A program made the translations under genes and the position numbers. From positions 23,379 through 87,378 of the forward strand of contig JAJZWY010000001.1 of the NCBI GenBank assembly GCA_021846445.1: a stretch of DNA of 64,000 nucleotides, given 5' to 3'. This DNA is from a bacterium. GTDB taxonomy: Bacteria > Patescibacteriota > Saccharimonadia > Saccharimonadales > UBA4665. Shown here in pieces: positions 17,398 to 27,437 of this stretch (the stretch's first letter is position 1; each line of letters starts with the position of its first letter). The notes under the pieces are model-generated. The model did not search any database. It saw only the letters and a list, made by a program, of their open reading frames with translations, and was not told the origin of the DNA.

Positions 17398-17757
17398 ATG
17401 GCAATAATAGATTACTTCGAGCGAAAACTTGACAACAAAAGGCGGTTAACAATTCCGGCTGAGTTAAGAGAAGAGTTTAGAAGTGGCGTTGTTGTTACTC
17501 GAGGGTTTAAGAAGTATCTGCACCTTTATTCTTTAAAGGTGTGGAAGGATGAGGTTGAGCCATTACTCGTTGGTAATATTTTGGACGAGCAGATGGCTGA
17601 ACTTAATGTTCAGTTTAGGACCGGTAAAATAGAAGGTAAAATCGACCTAAAACAGGGCCGAATAACAATAGAACAACACCTTCTGGATTATGCCGGTATT
17701 AAATATGACATTGTCGCAATAAGAGCCGGAAAATATTGGCGTTTGGTTGCGAAATAA
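17398..17757 (+). CDS. mraZ: Transcriptional regulator MraZ (short form)
   Basis: Two SpoVT/AbrB-type DxxxR motifs (LDNKRRLTIPAELR and IDLKQGRITIEQHL). It occupies the first position of the dcw cluster, upstream of rsmH. At 119 aa it is shorter than the typical ~150 aa. Confidence 0.7.
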   Translation: MAIIDYFERKLDNKRRLTIPAELREEFRSGVVVTRGFKKYLHLYSLKVWKDEVEPLLVGNILDEQMAELNVQFRTGKIEGKIDLKQGRITIEQHLLDYAGIKYDIVAIRAGKYWRLVAK

Positions 17758-18050
17758 GCACATTAACATTTTGATCCTCGAGATTAGCTAATTGGCAGTC
17801 AATAAGTGGAATAGGATAGGGGACCACTCTAAAATACCCTCGTACATTTTTTAAAACACCTCCCAAAACTCCACCTCACACATAAGTCTCTATAAGGAAT
17901 TACGAATAGTAAAAAGTTAGTAGATTTTTTAAATCTCATCAAATCTTTTTTACATACATGTTCGTTTTTCTAATAAAAAACAAAAACACAATAAAAACAA
18001 AAAATTGGCTGCTGATTAGGTGATCTTGCAAAAAACAAAAATAAAAAAAT

Positions 18051-18938
18051 ATGCACCAAAATAAAAATAAAAATCATATACCCGTATTACTCAGTGAAGT
18101 AATTAAAGTATTAGATCCTAGAATTAATGATTCTTACTTGGATTTAACGGCAGGTTTCGGAGGACACTTTGAAGCTATTTTGTCAATAACCAAGAATCCT
18201 TTAGAATCATATTTAATTGATAGGGATCAGTTTGCATTTGATTACTTGAAGCAGAAATTTAAAAAATTGGGTGTAAAAATTATTCATAATGATTTTTTGA
18301 ATGCTAGCAAAGAATTAGTAGACTCTAAGATAAAGGTAGACTTAATTCTTGCAGATCTTGGTGTATCAGCATATCACCTAAATGATGCGAAAAGAGGTTT
18401 TTCCTTTAATTTAAATGGTCCATTAGATATGAGAATGGATCAGAGACAATCCCTAACTGCCTATGATGTAGTCAATAAGTATAGTAGAGATAGATTGATT
18501 TATATCTTAAAAGAATATGGGGAAGAACCAAAAGCAAGAGTAATTAGTGACCTTATTATTAAAAATAGGCCAATCAAAAATACTTTTGACTTAGCTCAAA
18601 TCATTAGGAAGGTTTGGAAGAATAGTAGAGTAGATCCATCAACTCGAACTTTTCAAGCTCTTAGGATTGAAGTGAATCAAGAACTAGATTTACTTGAAGA
18701 AAGCTTGAAAATGTGGCTAAAGCTTCTTAAACCAGACGGGAGACTAGGAGTAATATCATTTCATAGCCTGGAAGATAGAATCGTAAAAAACTTTTTTAAA
18801 GAAAATGGCTCTTATGATTATTTAAAACAAGTAAAAATCCTCACACCTAAACCTATAGTTCCTAGTCGATATGAAATTGTCAATAATCCGCGATCTCGTA
18901 GTGCAAAACTGCGAGTCGTAGTGAAAATAAAAACATGA
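18051..18938 (+). CDS. rsmH: 16S rRNA (cytosine1402-N4)-methyltransferase
   Basis: HIPVLLSEV, DLTAGFGGH, DLGVSAYHLND, FQALRIEVN and ISFHSLEDR. Confidence 0.92.
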   Translation: MHQNKNKNHIPVLLSEVIKVLDPRINDSYLDLTAGFGGHFEAILSITKNPLESYLIDRDQFAFDYLKQKFKKLGVKIIHNDFLNASKELVDSKIKVDLILADLGVSAYHLNDAKRGFSFNLNGPLDMRMDQRQSLTAYDVVNKYSRDRLIYILKEYGEEPKARVISDLIIKNRPIKNTFDLAQIIRKVWKNSRVDPSTRTFQALRIEVNQELDLLEESLKMWLKLLKPDGRLGVISFHSLEDRIVKNFFKENGSYDYLKQVKILTPKPIVPSRYEIVNNPRSRSAKLRVVVKIKT

Positions 18939-19091
18939 AAGGGAAAAGCGATGCCAATACAGGTTAAAAGCAGATCCCGAGCGTATAAGGTTATTGTTAA
19001 AGTAATTTAACCTTAACGTTTAGAAAGAACAGTCCTGGATAATACCCAGGACTGAACTAAAAAATATAAAGATAAAAAGGGAATAAATAAA

Positions 19092-19439
19092 ATGACATAT
19101 TCAAGTACTCTCGCCATGAATAGATCTAGATATTCTGGCAGAAATCAAAACACTATTGGATTTAGTATTCCAAAAGCAAAAATTGGTCCAGTAAGTAATG
19201 CTATCATTTTGATTGTATTAATTTGTTTACTTGGTCTATTGTATTTATCGCAAATAACAAAGACTGATTCGTATGGTTATCAGATAAATTCAATGCAGGG
19301 TGAACAACAGCAATTAGAGGCTCAAAATCAAAACCTAGAAGTATCTACGGCTAGGATTCAATCGATGAGCACCATTTCTAACAGTTCTGTCGTTAAAAAT
19401 ATGGTACCTATTACCCCTAAAGCTGTGGTTTCGAATTAA
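19092..19439 (+). CDS. ftsL: Cell division protein FtsL-like
   Basis: 115 aa with a single TM (AIILIVLICLLGLLYL) followed by a coiled coil (QQQLEAQNQNLEV). It lies between rsmH and ftsI. Confidence 0.55.
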   Translation: MTYSSTLAMNRSRYSGRNQNTIGFSIPKAKIGPVSNAIILIVLICLLGLLYLSQITKTDSYGYQINSMQGEQQQLEAQNQNLEVSTARIQSMSTISNSSVVKNMVPITPKAVVSN

Positions 19440-19497
19440 ATAAGACTAGTACAAAAAGTTTATTGATTGGTTCAAACTAGGTTATAATTTTGTTTGT

Positions 19498-21288
19498 ATG
19501 GTTACAAATAAAATAAAAAATATTAATTATCAAGAGATATATTCGGCAAGAATTAATTTGTTTTTCGGGGGACTGGTTATTGTCGCGGGGCTTATATTTA
19601 TAAGATTATTTATATTACAAATTCTAAACTACGATAAGTATAAAAAAGAAGCACTGAATAGTCAGCTAAAACAGTATCAAATTCCAGCTACACGCGGATT
19701 AATTTATGCTGAGGACGGTAATCAGATTACTCCGATTGTTTTAAATCAAAAACTGTATACTTTGTATGCAGATCCGACTTTTATAAAAAATAAATCTCAA
19801 GCTGAAAAAATAGCCACTAGGATTAGTAAAGTTTTGAATAGCAATGTTCAAAATTTAACAAATTTAATGTTAACTAAAAATACCGAGTATGTTGTTCTGG
19901 CTAACAAAATTAGTCAGGCTCAAAGCAAGACAATTTTATCATATAAAATTCCTGGAATAGGAACTACTGGTCAAGATTATAGGGTTTATCCTTATGGTAG
20001 CTTAGCTGCTCAGGTTCTTGGATTTGTAAATGAAAATGGGGTAGGCGAATATGGTATAGAACAATATATGAATCCTGAACTAGCTGGAACTCCAGGTCGA
20101 GTTAAAGCCATAACAGATGCTGGAGGTGTACCTTTAGCTGCTTCTTCCTCCAATATTGAAATTGCTCCTAAAAATGGAGATAATTTAGTTTTGACCTTAA
20201 ATATTGGTATGCAGACTCAAATAGAGAAAATTTTAGCTACCGAATATAAATTAACTAAATCACAAGGGGAAAGTGCTATAGTTATGAACCCTTATAATGG
20301 TCATATTAAGGCAATGGCTAATTATCCTACCTTTAATCCTGCCAATTATCAAGCTGTTACCAACCCAAAAATTTTTCAAAATGCAGCTGTTGATTATAGT
20401 ATAGAACCTGGATCAACTATGAAAACCCTAACAACTTCAGCTGCTCTAAATTTGGGTGTTATTAAGCCATACACATCATTTTTTGATCCTGCGCATTGGA
20501 CCATAGATGGTTTTACTATAAGAGATATTAAACAGGATGGGGGCCCAAGGGAACAGAATATCCAAAGTATTTTAGCACTATCTCTAAACACTGGTGCAAC
20601 CTGGATGTTGATGCAAATGGGTGGAGGACAAATAGATCAAAAAGGAATTGATAATTGGTATAATTACATGACAAATCACTTTTTATTGGGGAGAGATACG
20701 GGCATTGAACAAGGGTATGAGTCTCCAGGGTTTGTTCCACCACCTAATATAGCCGATCCCTCTATAGATTTAAGGTATGCTAATACTGCTTTTGGACAAG
20801 GAGTGCAACTGACTGCTCTTCAGCTTGTTAGCGCAGACTCAGCTATCTTAAATGGAGGTACTTACTATAAACCTACACTAATTGCAAAGACTATAACACC
20901 TTCGGGAAGAGTTATTGTTAACCAACCAAAAATTTTAAAGAGAAATATCGTAAGACCTCAAGTTGGTCAAGAACTTGTTCCGCTAATGGAAGGTGTTGTT
21001 AAGGCTTATTTATATGGTGGTTTTAGTTTTATGAAGTTTCCATCAAATTATATAGTGGGAGGGAAAACAGGGACCGCTCAAGTTGCAATGCCGACAGGCG
21101 GATATTACAAGAATATATTTAATGGTACTTATGTTGGGTTTGTGGGTGGAAATAAAGTTCAATATGTAATTATTGTCTATAATATTAAACCCGGAGTTGC
21201 AGGATATGCAGGATCATACGCAGCACAACCTATTTTTGCAGACATAGTTCATATGCTTATAAACGACGGTTATGTTGCACCAAAATAA
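19498..21288 (+). CDS. ftsI: Class B penicillin-binding protein (FtsI/PBP2-type transpeptidase)
   Basis: N-terminal TM, SxxK (GSTMK), SxN (SLN) and KTG (GGKTGTA) motifs, in the dcw context. Confidence 0.9.
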   Translation: MVTNKIKNINYQEIYSARINLFFGGLVIVAGLIFIRLFILQILNYDKYKKEALNSQLKQYQIPATRGLIYAEDGNQITPIVLNQKLYTLYADPTFIKNKSQAEKIATRISKVLNSNVQNLTNLMLTKNTEYVVLANKISQAQSKTILSYKIPGIGTTGQDYRVYPYGSLAAQVLGFVNENGVGEYGIEQYMNPELAGTPGRVKAITDAGGVPLAASSSNIEIAPKNGDNLVLTLNIGMQTQIEKILATEYKLTKSQGESAIVMNPYNGHIKAMANYPTFNPANYQAVTNPKIFQNAAVDYSIEPGSTMKTLTTSAALNLGVIKPYTSFFDPAHWTIDGFTIRDIKQDGGPREQNIQSILALSLNTGATWMLMQMGGGQIDQKGIDNWYNYMTNHFLLGRDTGIEQGYESPGFVPPPNIADPSIDLRYANTAFGQGVQLTALQLVSADSAILNGGTYYKPTLIAKTITPSGRVIVNQPKILKRNIVRPQVGQELVPLMEGVVKAYLYGGFSFMKFPSNYIVGGKTGTAQVAMPTGGYYKNIFNGTYVGFVGGNKVQYVIIVYNIKPGVAGYAGSYAAQPIFADIVHMLINDGYVAPK

Positions 21289-21328
21289 GAATTATAAATA
21301 AAGAGTATATAGTATATAATCTTGATAT

Positions 21329-22369
21329 ATGCATAACATATTACGTATTTCTATTACCGATAACGTATTGGTAAATATTCTAGTTCTTGGTTTATTATCC
21401 TTCATTTTAAGTATTTTATTAACTCCTATATACACAACATTGGCGTATAAATATGAATGGTGGAAAAAACAAAGAACAGACGCATTGTCTGGTGAAAGAG
21501 CAGTCGTTTACGACAAAATCCATGCCCAAAAACATAGAAAAAAAATTCCCAATATGGCCGGGATAATTTTTGTTGTATCAATTGGTGTCATTACTTTCTT
21601 GTTAAATTTAAAGAGAAGTCAAACTTTATTACCTCTAGCAGGCTTAATAGGTGCCGGGATTATTGGATTTATTGATGACTTTATGAATATTAAGGGGTTA
21701 AATTCTAGATTTGCCGGCATGCAAGCTAAGCTTAAATTTATGTTATATAGTTTATTATCTATTGGAGGTGGAATATGGTTCTTTGCTAAGCTAGGGGTTC
21801 ATACGATTTATTTACCATATTTTCATAATGTTAATGTAGGGGTATTTATCGTATTGATATTTTGGCTAGTTGTAATCGCAACAGCAAATTCTGTCAACAT
21901 AACAGATGGTTTAGATGGCTTAGCAGGTGGTTTATTGACATCCTCTTTTATTGCTTATGCTATTATTTGTGGAGTAGAACATAAGTTTTTCTTAGCATCG
22001 TTTTGTATTACAGTGGTTGGTGCGTTATTAAGCTATACTTGGTTTAATATTTATCCGGCGAGATTTTTTATGGGTGACGTGGGATCTTTTGCATTGGGTA
22101 CTGCACTTGGGATAATAGCAATGCAAACCAATACTATATATGTCTTGCCTATAATAGGCTTAGTTTATGTATTTGAGACAGGTTCAGTAATTATTAATAT
22201 AATAAGCAAGAAATTGCGAAATGGTAAAAAAGTCTTTTTATCATCTCCTATACATCATCATTTTGAGGCAATTGGCTGGCCAGAGACCAAAGTTACGATG
22301 AGATTTTGGATTTTAGGCCAAGCTGCAACATTTATAGGATTAATTGTATTTTTGATTAGTAAATGGTAA
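21329..22369 (+). CDS. mraY: Phospho-N-acetylmuramoyl-pentapeptide transferase
   Basis: NSVNITDGLDGLAGG, FMGDVGSFALG and a HHHFE-type C-terminal motif; polytopic membrane protein. Confidence 0.93.
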   Translation: MHNILRISITDNVLVNILVLGLLSFILSILLTPIYTTLAYKYEWWKKQRTDALSGERAVVYDKIHAQKHRKKIPNMAGIIFVVSIGVITFLLNLKRSQTLLPLAGLIGAGIIGFIDDFMNIKGLNSRFAGMQAKLKFMLYSLLSIGGGIWFFAKLGVHTIYLPYFHNVNVGVFIVLIFWLVVIATANSVNITDGLDGLAGGLLTSSFIAYAIICGVEHKFFLASFCITVVGALLSYTWFNIYPARFFMGDVGSFALGTALGIIAMQTNTIYVLPIIGLVYVFETGSVIINIISKKLRNGKKVFLSSPIHHHFEAIGWPETKVTMRFWILGQAATFIGLIVFLISKW

Positions 22370-22390
22370 ATACGCTTATAAAGTGTTAAA

Positions 22391-23698
22391 ATGTCAAGAC
22401 TTGATATGTTTAAAAATAAAAATAGTAGACAGAGAAATACTTTTTTGGGTCGTAAAACCAATTTTGGAATAGATCTAAATTTGGGAAGAAAACATAAGCC
22501 AGATTATTGGATACCAATAATCTGTTTTTTATTAGTTATGATCGGTATAATAGTAGTTTATTCAATAACTCCAGCCCTAAAGTTAACTACTGGACTTTCG
22601 CCAGGCTATTATATTAGTAGACAGATTTTAGCTACAATTTTATCAATCATTGCATTTTTGTTTACTGCCTTAATACCTCTATATTTCTGGGTTGATAAAC
22701 GTAATTGGATAGTAATAGTAGCAATAGCCACAACATTCCTTGCCATTATCTTACCGGTGAATCCGGCATATCCTGCGCATAGATGGGTTAGGTTTGGAGG
22801 TATTTCATTTCAATCAATCGAAATTTTTAAATTTGCTGTAGTTATATGGTTGGCATATTTTTTTGCTAAAGCAATAAAGGATAGAACTATAACTGATTTT
22901 AAGAAAACCTTTAAACCTTTAATTATACTTTTAGTCCTAACGGGTGTTGTTGTAGCGATTATCCAAAGTGATTTAGGTTCTATGGGAGTATTGTTTGCAA
23001 TGTTGGTTATTATGGGATTTGTGGCCGGTCTACCCTTAAAAAAAATAATGGTCATTTTCGGTTTTTTGATTATTGGATTAATTATATCGATTGTAATATT
23101 TCCATATAGAATTGCAAGAATTGAGACATATCTTCATCCACAGTCCAATTGTCAAAGTGCAGCGGGTTATCAGGCTTGCCAGGCTTTAATAGCAGTCGGA
23201 TCTGGTGGGTTATCTGGGCTTGGCTTGGGACATAGTGTTCAGGCATACGGCTATGAGCCAGAAGCATCTAATGATTCAATTTTCGCTATATATGCAGAAT
23301 CGTTTGGATTTTTGGGTAGTATCATTCTAGTAGGATTGTTTTTCATCTTATTTTATAAATTTATTAAAATAGCAGATAGTTTAAATAATGACTTTGCAAG
23401 ATTGCTTGTAATTGGAATATTGGCTTGGCTATCGGTACAAACCGTGATAAACATTGGAGCCATGGTAGGTCTTCTACCCTTGAAGGGTATAACTCTTCCT
23501 TTTGTTAGTTATGGTGGTACTTCGGTTATATTTTCGGCAGCTGCCGTAGGTTTAGTTTTTCAAATTTCAGGCTATACTAGTAGTAAGAAATCAATTAATC
23601 CAAAAAGGGGCATAAATGAAGGTATGTTTAACAGGAGGAGGGTCGGGGGGTCACATAACTCCGATATTAATAATAGCCTCAACATTGAAAAAAATTGA
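22391..23698 (+). CDS. ftsW: FtsW/RodA/SpoVE-family peptidoglycan glycosyltransferase
   Basis: About 10 TM helices, EASNDSIFAI and LPLKGITLPFVSYGGTS motifs. The last 83 nt overlap murG in another frame. Confidence 0.9.
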   Translation: MSRLDMFKNKNSRQRNTFLGRKTNFGIDLNLGRKHKPDYWIPIICFLLVMIGIIVVYSITPALKLTTGLSPGYYISRQILATILSIIAFLFTALIPLYFWVDKRNWIVIVAIATTFLAIILPVNPAYPAHRWVRFGGISFQSIEIFKFAVVIWLAYFFAKAIKDRTITDFKKTFKPLIILLVLTGVVVAIIQSDLGSMGVLFAMLVIMGFVAGLPLKKIMVIFGFLIIGLIISIVIFPYRIARIETYLHPQSNCQSAAGYQACQALIAVGSGGLSGLGLGHSVQAYGYEPEASNDSIFAIYAESFGFLGSIILVGLFFILFYKFIKIADSLNNDFARLLVIGILAWLSVQTVINIGAMVGLLPLKGITLPFVSYGGTSVIFSAAAVGLVFQISGYTSSKKSINPKRGINEGMFNRRRVGGSHNSDINNSLNIEKN

Positions 23699-24794
23699 TC
23701 AACGTATCGAGATTATCTATATAGGTCAAAAAGGAGATAAATTTGCTAAGGATAACCTATCTTCGGTCAATATAGATAAATTCTTTTTTGTTAGAGCAGG
23801 TAAATTTAGGCGTTACCCAAAAGATGCCTGGAAACAGCTTTATGACATAAAAACCATTTTATTGAATATTAGAGATAGTTTATTTGTTATTTTAGGCATA
23901 ATAGAATCCTTTTTTTTATTTAAAAAAATTAAACCTGATATTTTATTTTCTAGGGGTGGATACGTCAGTGTACCGGTTTGTTTAGGCGCAAAATTAGCTG
24001 GGGTTAAATATATAACCCATGATTCAGATATAGTTTCCAGTCTTGCAAATAAAATTATTGGTAAATGGGCTGTAGCCAATTTTATAAGTGGCCCAAAGGA
24101 ATACTATGGATACCCAAAGGATAAGATGGTTTATACTGGAATACCAATTGATGATAAATTTAGACCTGTTAATGAATCTTTAAATCAAAAATATCGGAAA
24201 GAGCTTAAGATCAAGAATAATGAAAGTGTAATTTTAGTGGTAGGTGGTGGATTAGGTGCTAGAAACCTAAGTAAATCAGTTACCCTGGTGGCCAACGATC
24301 TATTAGGTGAAATTAAGAACCTAAGGATAATTATTATATCTGGTAGAGATAATTTAGAATATCTACGGAGTGAAATAGAGAAGAATATAGTGATAAAATA
24401 TCGAAAGTTTATAAGCTTGATAGATTTTACGAATGAACTCTATAAATATAGTGGAATTGCCAACTTAATTATTACACGAGCAGGAGCAACTTCACTAGCA
24501 GAATTTTCTGCACAACATAAGTCATTAATTGTAGTACCTAGTTCTTATTTAGCTTCTGGTCATCAGATAAAAAATGCCGAAGTTTTGGAGAATAAACATG
24601 CTATTGAGTATATTAGAGATATAGACTTAGACAAGAATCCACATTTATTAAAAAATAAAATAATTAATATATTAAATGACCCCGCAAAAATTAATGAACT
24701 GAAGGTTAATATATCTAAAACAAATAAATTTAATGCTTCGGAGAAAGTTTCAAGATATATTATTAAATTTGCTACTAAAAGCAATGGAAAATAA
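23616..24794 (+). CDS. murG: UDP-N-acetylglucosamine--N-acetylmuramyl-(pentapeptide) pyrophosphoryl-undecaprenol GlcNAc transferase
   Basis: N-terminal G-loop LTGGGSGGHITP and C-terminal ITRAGATSLAEF. Confidence 0.9.
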   Translation: MKVCLTGGGSGGHITPILIIASTLKKIDQRIEIIYIGQKGDKFAKDNLSSVNIDKFFFVRAGKFRRYPKDAWKQLYDIKTILLNIRDSLFVILGIIESFFLFKKIKPDILFSRGGYVSVPVCLGAKLAGVKYITHDSDIVSSLANKIIGKWAVANFISGPKEYYGYPKDKMVYTGIPIDDKFRPVNESLNQKYRKELKIKNNESVILVVGGGLGARNLSKSVTLVANDLLGEIKNLRIIIISGRDNLEYLRSEIEKNIVIKYRKFISLIDFTNELYKYSGIANLIITRAGATSLAEFSAQHKSLIVVPSSYLASGHQIKNAEVLENKHAIEYIRDIDLDKNPHLLKNKIINILNDPAKINELKVNISKTNKFNASEKVSRYIIKFATKSNGK

Positions 24795-24800
24795 AATTTT

Positions 24801-25715
24801 ATGAGCAAACCGTTTTTAAATAGAGACCCTACCCCAAAAGAAAGTTTTAAAAAAGGTCAACAGCTATCCTATAACCATTCCGTTTATTATCATAATAGTA
24901 ATAAAAAACAACATATTGCTTATGGTAAGCGAAGTATCTTTATTAATAAATACCTAAAAATTAATATAATTAAGGTGGTTATAACCATCCTTTTGTTAAT
25001 AGGATTATTTGCGATTTTAAGGATAAATTCTGGCGCAACAGTGTATTTTGTGGGCGATAATCCATCAGTAGATACTTATCTGAAAGGGAAGTATGAGGCA
25101 AGTATTGTAAAAACAGCATCAAATTATGTAAATAGCTCAATACTAAATCAGACCAAGGTGTTTTTTAATAGGAATAATTTGAAAAATTTACTCATGAAAG
25201 ATTACGGTTTTATCGATAATATAAATATTCAAACTAAGTTATTCTCTAATAATGTTGATATATATATATTTATGGGTAATCCCGTTATTTACTATTCTAA
25301 TAAAAATAATAATTATCTAATAGATCAAAACGGACAATTGGAAAATACTAATTATATTGAACCTATTTTGGGGCAAATGAAGCTAATTCATGTTACTGAT
25401 CAAGGAGTTATACCCCTTAAGTTAGGAGAATATTTGCTTTCTACCCAAGAAGTAACAGAGATTGAGGAGATCTATAATAAGCTTAGTCAAGACAACGGAT
25501 ACAACATAACTAATTTTGTTTTAAACGAAAATGGATCTGAAATAGATGCTTATTTTTCTAAATTTAAATATTTTGCTAAGTTTAACCTATTAGAAGGGGA
25601 TATTAATCTCCAAATAGGTAGATTTTTGGCAATTGAGAAATATTTAACAGCAAATAAGATAATTCCTAATAGTTATATAGACGTTAGAGTGGATGGAAGG
25701 GTTTACTACAAATAG
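24801..25715 (+). CDS. ftsQ: FtsQ-like cell division protein (POTRA-type)
   Basis: Single TM (VVITILLLIGLFAIL) followed by an extracytoplasmic domain. It is the last gene of the dcw cluster, right after murG. Confidence 0.55.
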   Translation: MSKPFLNRDPTPKESFKKGQQLSYNHSVYYHNSNKKQHIAYGKRSIFINKYLKINIIKVVITILLLIGLFAILRINSGATVYFVGDNPSVDTYLKGKYEASIVKTASNYVNSSILNQTKVFFNRNNLKNLLMKDYGFIDNINIQTKLFSNNVDIYIFMGNPVIYYSNKNNNYLIDQNGQLENTNYIEPILGQMKLIHVTDQGVIPLKLGEYLLSTQEVTEIEEIYNKLSQDNGYNITNFVLNENGSEIDAYFSKFKYFAKFNLLEGDINLQIGRFLAIEKYLTANKIIPNSYIDVRVDGRVYYK

Positions 25716-26393
25716 CAATTATTTTTTCAAAGACGATAGATCCTCCCTTTGTTACCCTATTAGTTCGTATTTTGTTCTTATGACAAAAAGAGATTTATGA
25801 TTCTAAAAAAAACTATATAAGCAACAGAATAAGCTCTATGTCAAATTTTATATTTTTTGGAAAAGGAAAGGGGAAATTAAAAAAAATTGGCAGTATGTAC
25901 TGTAGTGTGTAGTTTCACAACAATACTGTGGATAAGTCAAATAGTGCTTTATATCACATTAATATGAAAATAAAAGCTATGACACTGGAGTATAAGATTG
26001 TTGGTTGTGACTTTTAGAGTGTTATATGATTTAGGTGTAGCAAAAATAAAATTGCTTAACAAATTTAGATTATTAAAATATTAACAAAAACTAGAGTGAT
26101 TTACCCTACTTAATAGAGGGTGTCAGTAAGTAACCCATAGAAGAATATGTATAGTCGCAAAATATACATTGTGCGACGTACTATCTATATCTTTGATGCT
26201 ATGCTCTTGTTGTCACTTCTCTATTTATTTTTTTAATAATTTAATAAATTTTTTTGATTCTTTTTGGCGATAGTTTCCTACTTCTCTCTCGTTTCTTAAT
26301 TTAAATTTATTATATCAAGTTTAATAACCGTCTGTAGGTTTGTGTACTGTTCTATATTGTTCGTAAAATGTTCTATAACTTTAGGATTCTTGT

Positions 26394-27437
26394 TTAGTCT
26401 TCAACTAAGGCATAGGTTGCTTTTGCCACTCTTTTAAACCTTGATTTACCCTGTAAATTTAATAGAATAGTTGTTTCTTTAACGAATCTACTTTTTAAGA
26501 CCATCTTTACAATCTCATCTTTATGGAGCGGTTTATTTGCTTCTTTCAGGATTTCTGTAATGATATCCGAAACCGTACCTCTAGAATAGCCCCACTCTTT
26601 TAATGCATATATCCCTCTACCAATTAATATAAATCTTTTATCTTTAATTAACTCGTTGTGAATAGCTTGGGTAGTAACATTATTTCTCTTAAAATCACTT
26701 TTTCTGATTTGTTCAGCTATTTCGCTAAAATGCATGTGTTTACCATTATTTTTTAGCGTCACATAGATTTTATCTCTAATATTTTTAGGGTTAACAGTTG
26801 GCCATTTGTTCAGTCCCCAAAGTCCATTAAGAGTTGATATCAATTTTGATGATGATGTTAACGATTGAACAAACTTTTTATCAAGACTTATTGTTTTAGC
26901 AGAAGTAATTTGATCAATGGTTAATGGCTTTCCTGAATTTTGAATATATGTAACTATACTATCAATTAAGGGTTTTATGTCTTTTGCAACGTCATATTTT
27001 TGATCCACAACTGAGGCATAGTAGTTATCATCATCTGGCAAAAAATTAAATTTAGAACTTATTTGACACAGAAACATTATTCTTGATTGGTCAATTTTGG
27101 TTGGTTTCGGGCTAAATATAGAAGCAATCTTCAAGATTCTTGCAATTCCATGTTCTTTAGTTATAATTTCTGATAACTTACTCTCGAAATCTATTAGTGT
27201 ATCTGAAGGTTTTTTACTAGCTTGATCTTTTAATTTAATAATTATTATTTTTTCTAATTGACGGACACGTTCACGGGTTATTCCTAAGATTTCACCGATC
27301 TGTTCAAGAGTCTCTTTTCTTTCGTTAATACCGAATCGTCGAGAAATGATTTCTCTTTCTCTATCTTTATCTAAAGACTCAATAACATCAGTTACGACTT
27401 TTAATATATCTGAATTATTAAGGTTTTCTTGATTCAT
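26394..27437 (-). CDS. Sigma-70 region-4 HTH protein with a C-terminal HARE-HTH-like winged helix
   Basis: N-terminal ...ETLEQIGEILGITRERVRQLEKIIIIKLK matches region 4.2. The C-terminal MHFSEIAEQI...IGRGIYALKEW and LHKDEIVKMV...ATYAL regions resemble RpoE-delta/HARE-HTH repeats. No region 2 is present. Confidence 0.55.
   Translation of the reverse strand: MNQENLNNSDILKVVTDVIESLDKDREREIISRRFGINERKETLEQIGEILGITRERVRQLEKIIIIKLKDQASKKPSDTLIDFESKLSEIITKEHGIARILKIASIFSPKPTKIDQSRIMFLCQISSKFNFLPDDDNYYASVVDQKYDVAKDIKPLIDSIVTYIQNSGKPLTIDQITSAKTISLDKKFVQSLTSSSKLISTLNGLWGLNKWPTVNPKNIRDKIYVTLKNNGKHMHFSEIAEQIRKSDFKRNNVTTQAIHNELIKDKRFILIGRGIYALKEWGYSRGTVSDIITEILKEANKPLHKDEIVKMVLKSRFVKETTILLNLQGKSRFKRVAKATYALVED

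Noticed and set aside
25716-26393. Possible replication origin, based on a perfect DnaA box and AT-rich DNA
   Set aside because: I could find only one good box, no dnaA/dnaN nearby and no box cluster. The same 9-mer fits the GTGG(G/A)TA MraZ-box family. It is kept only as a low-interest finding.
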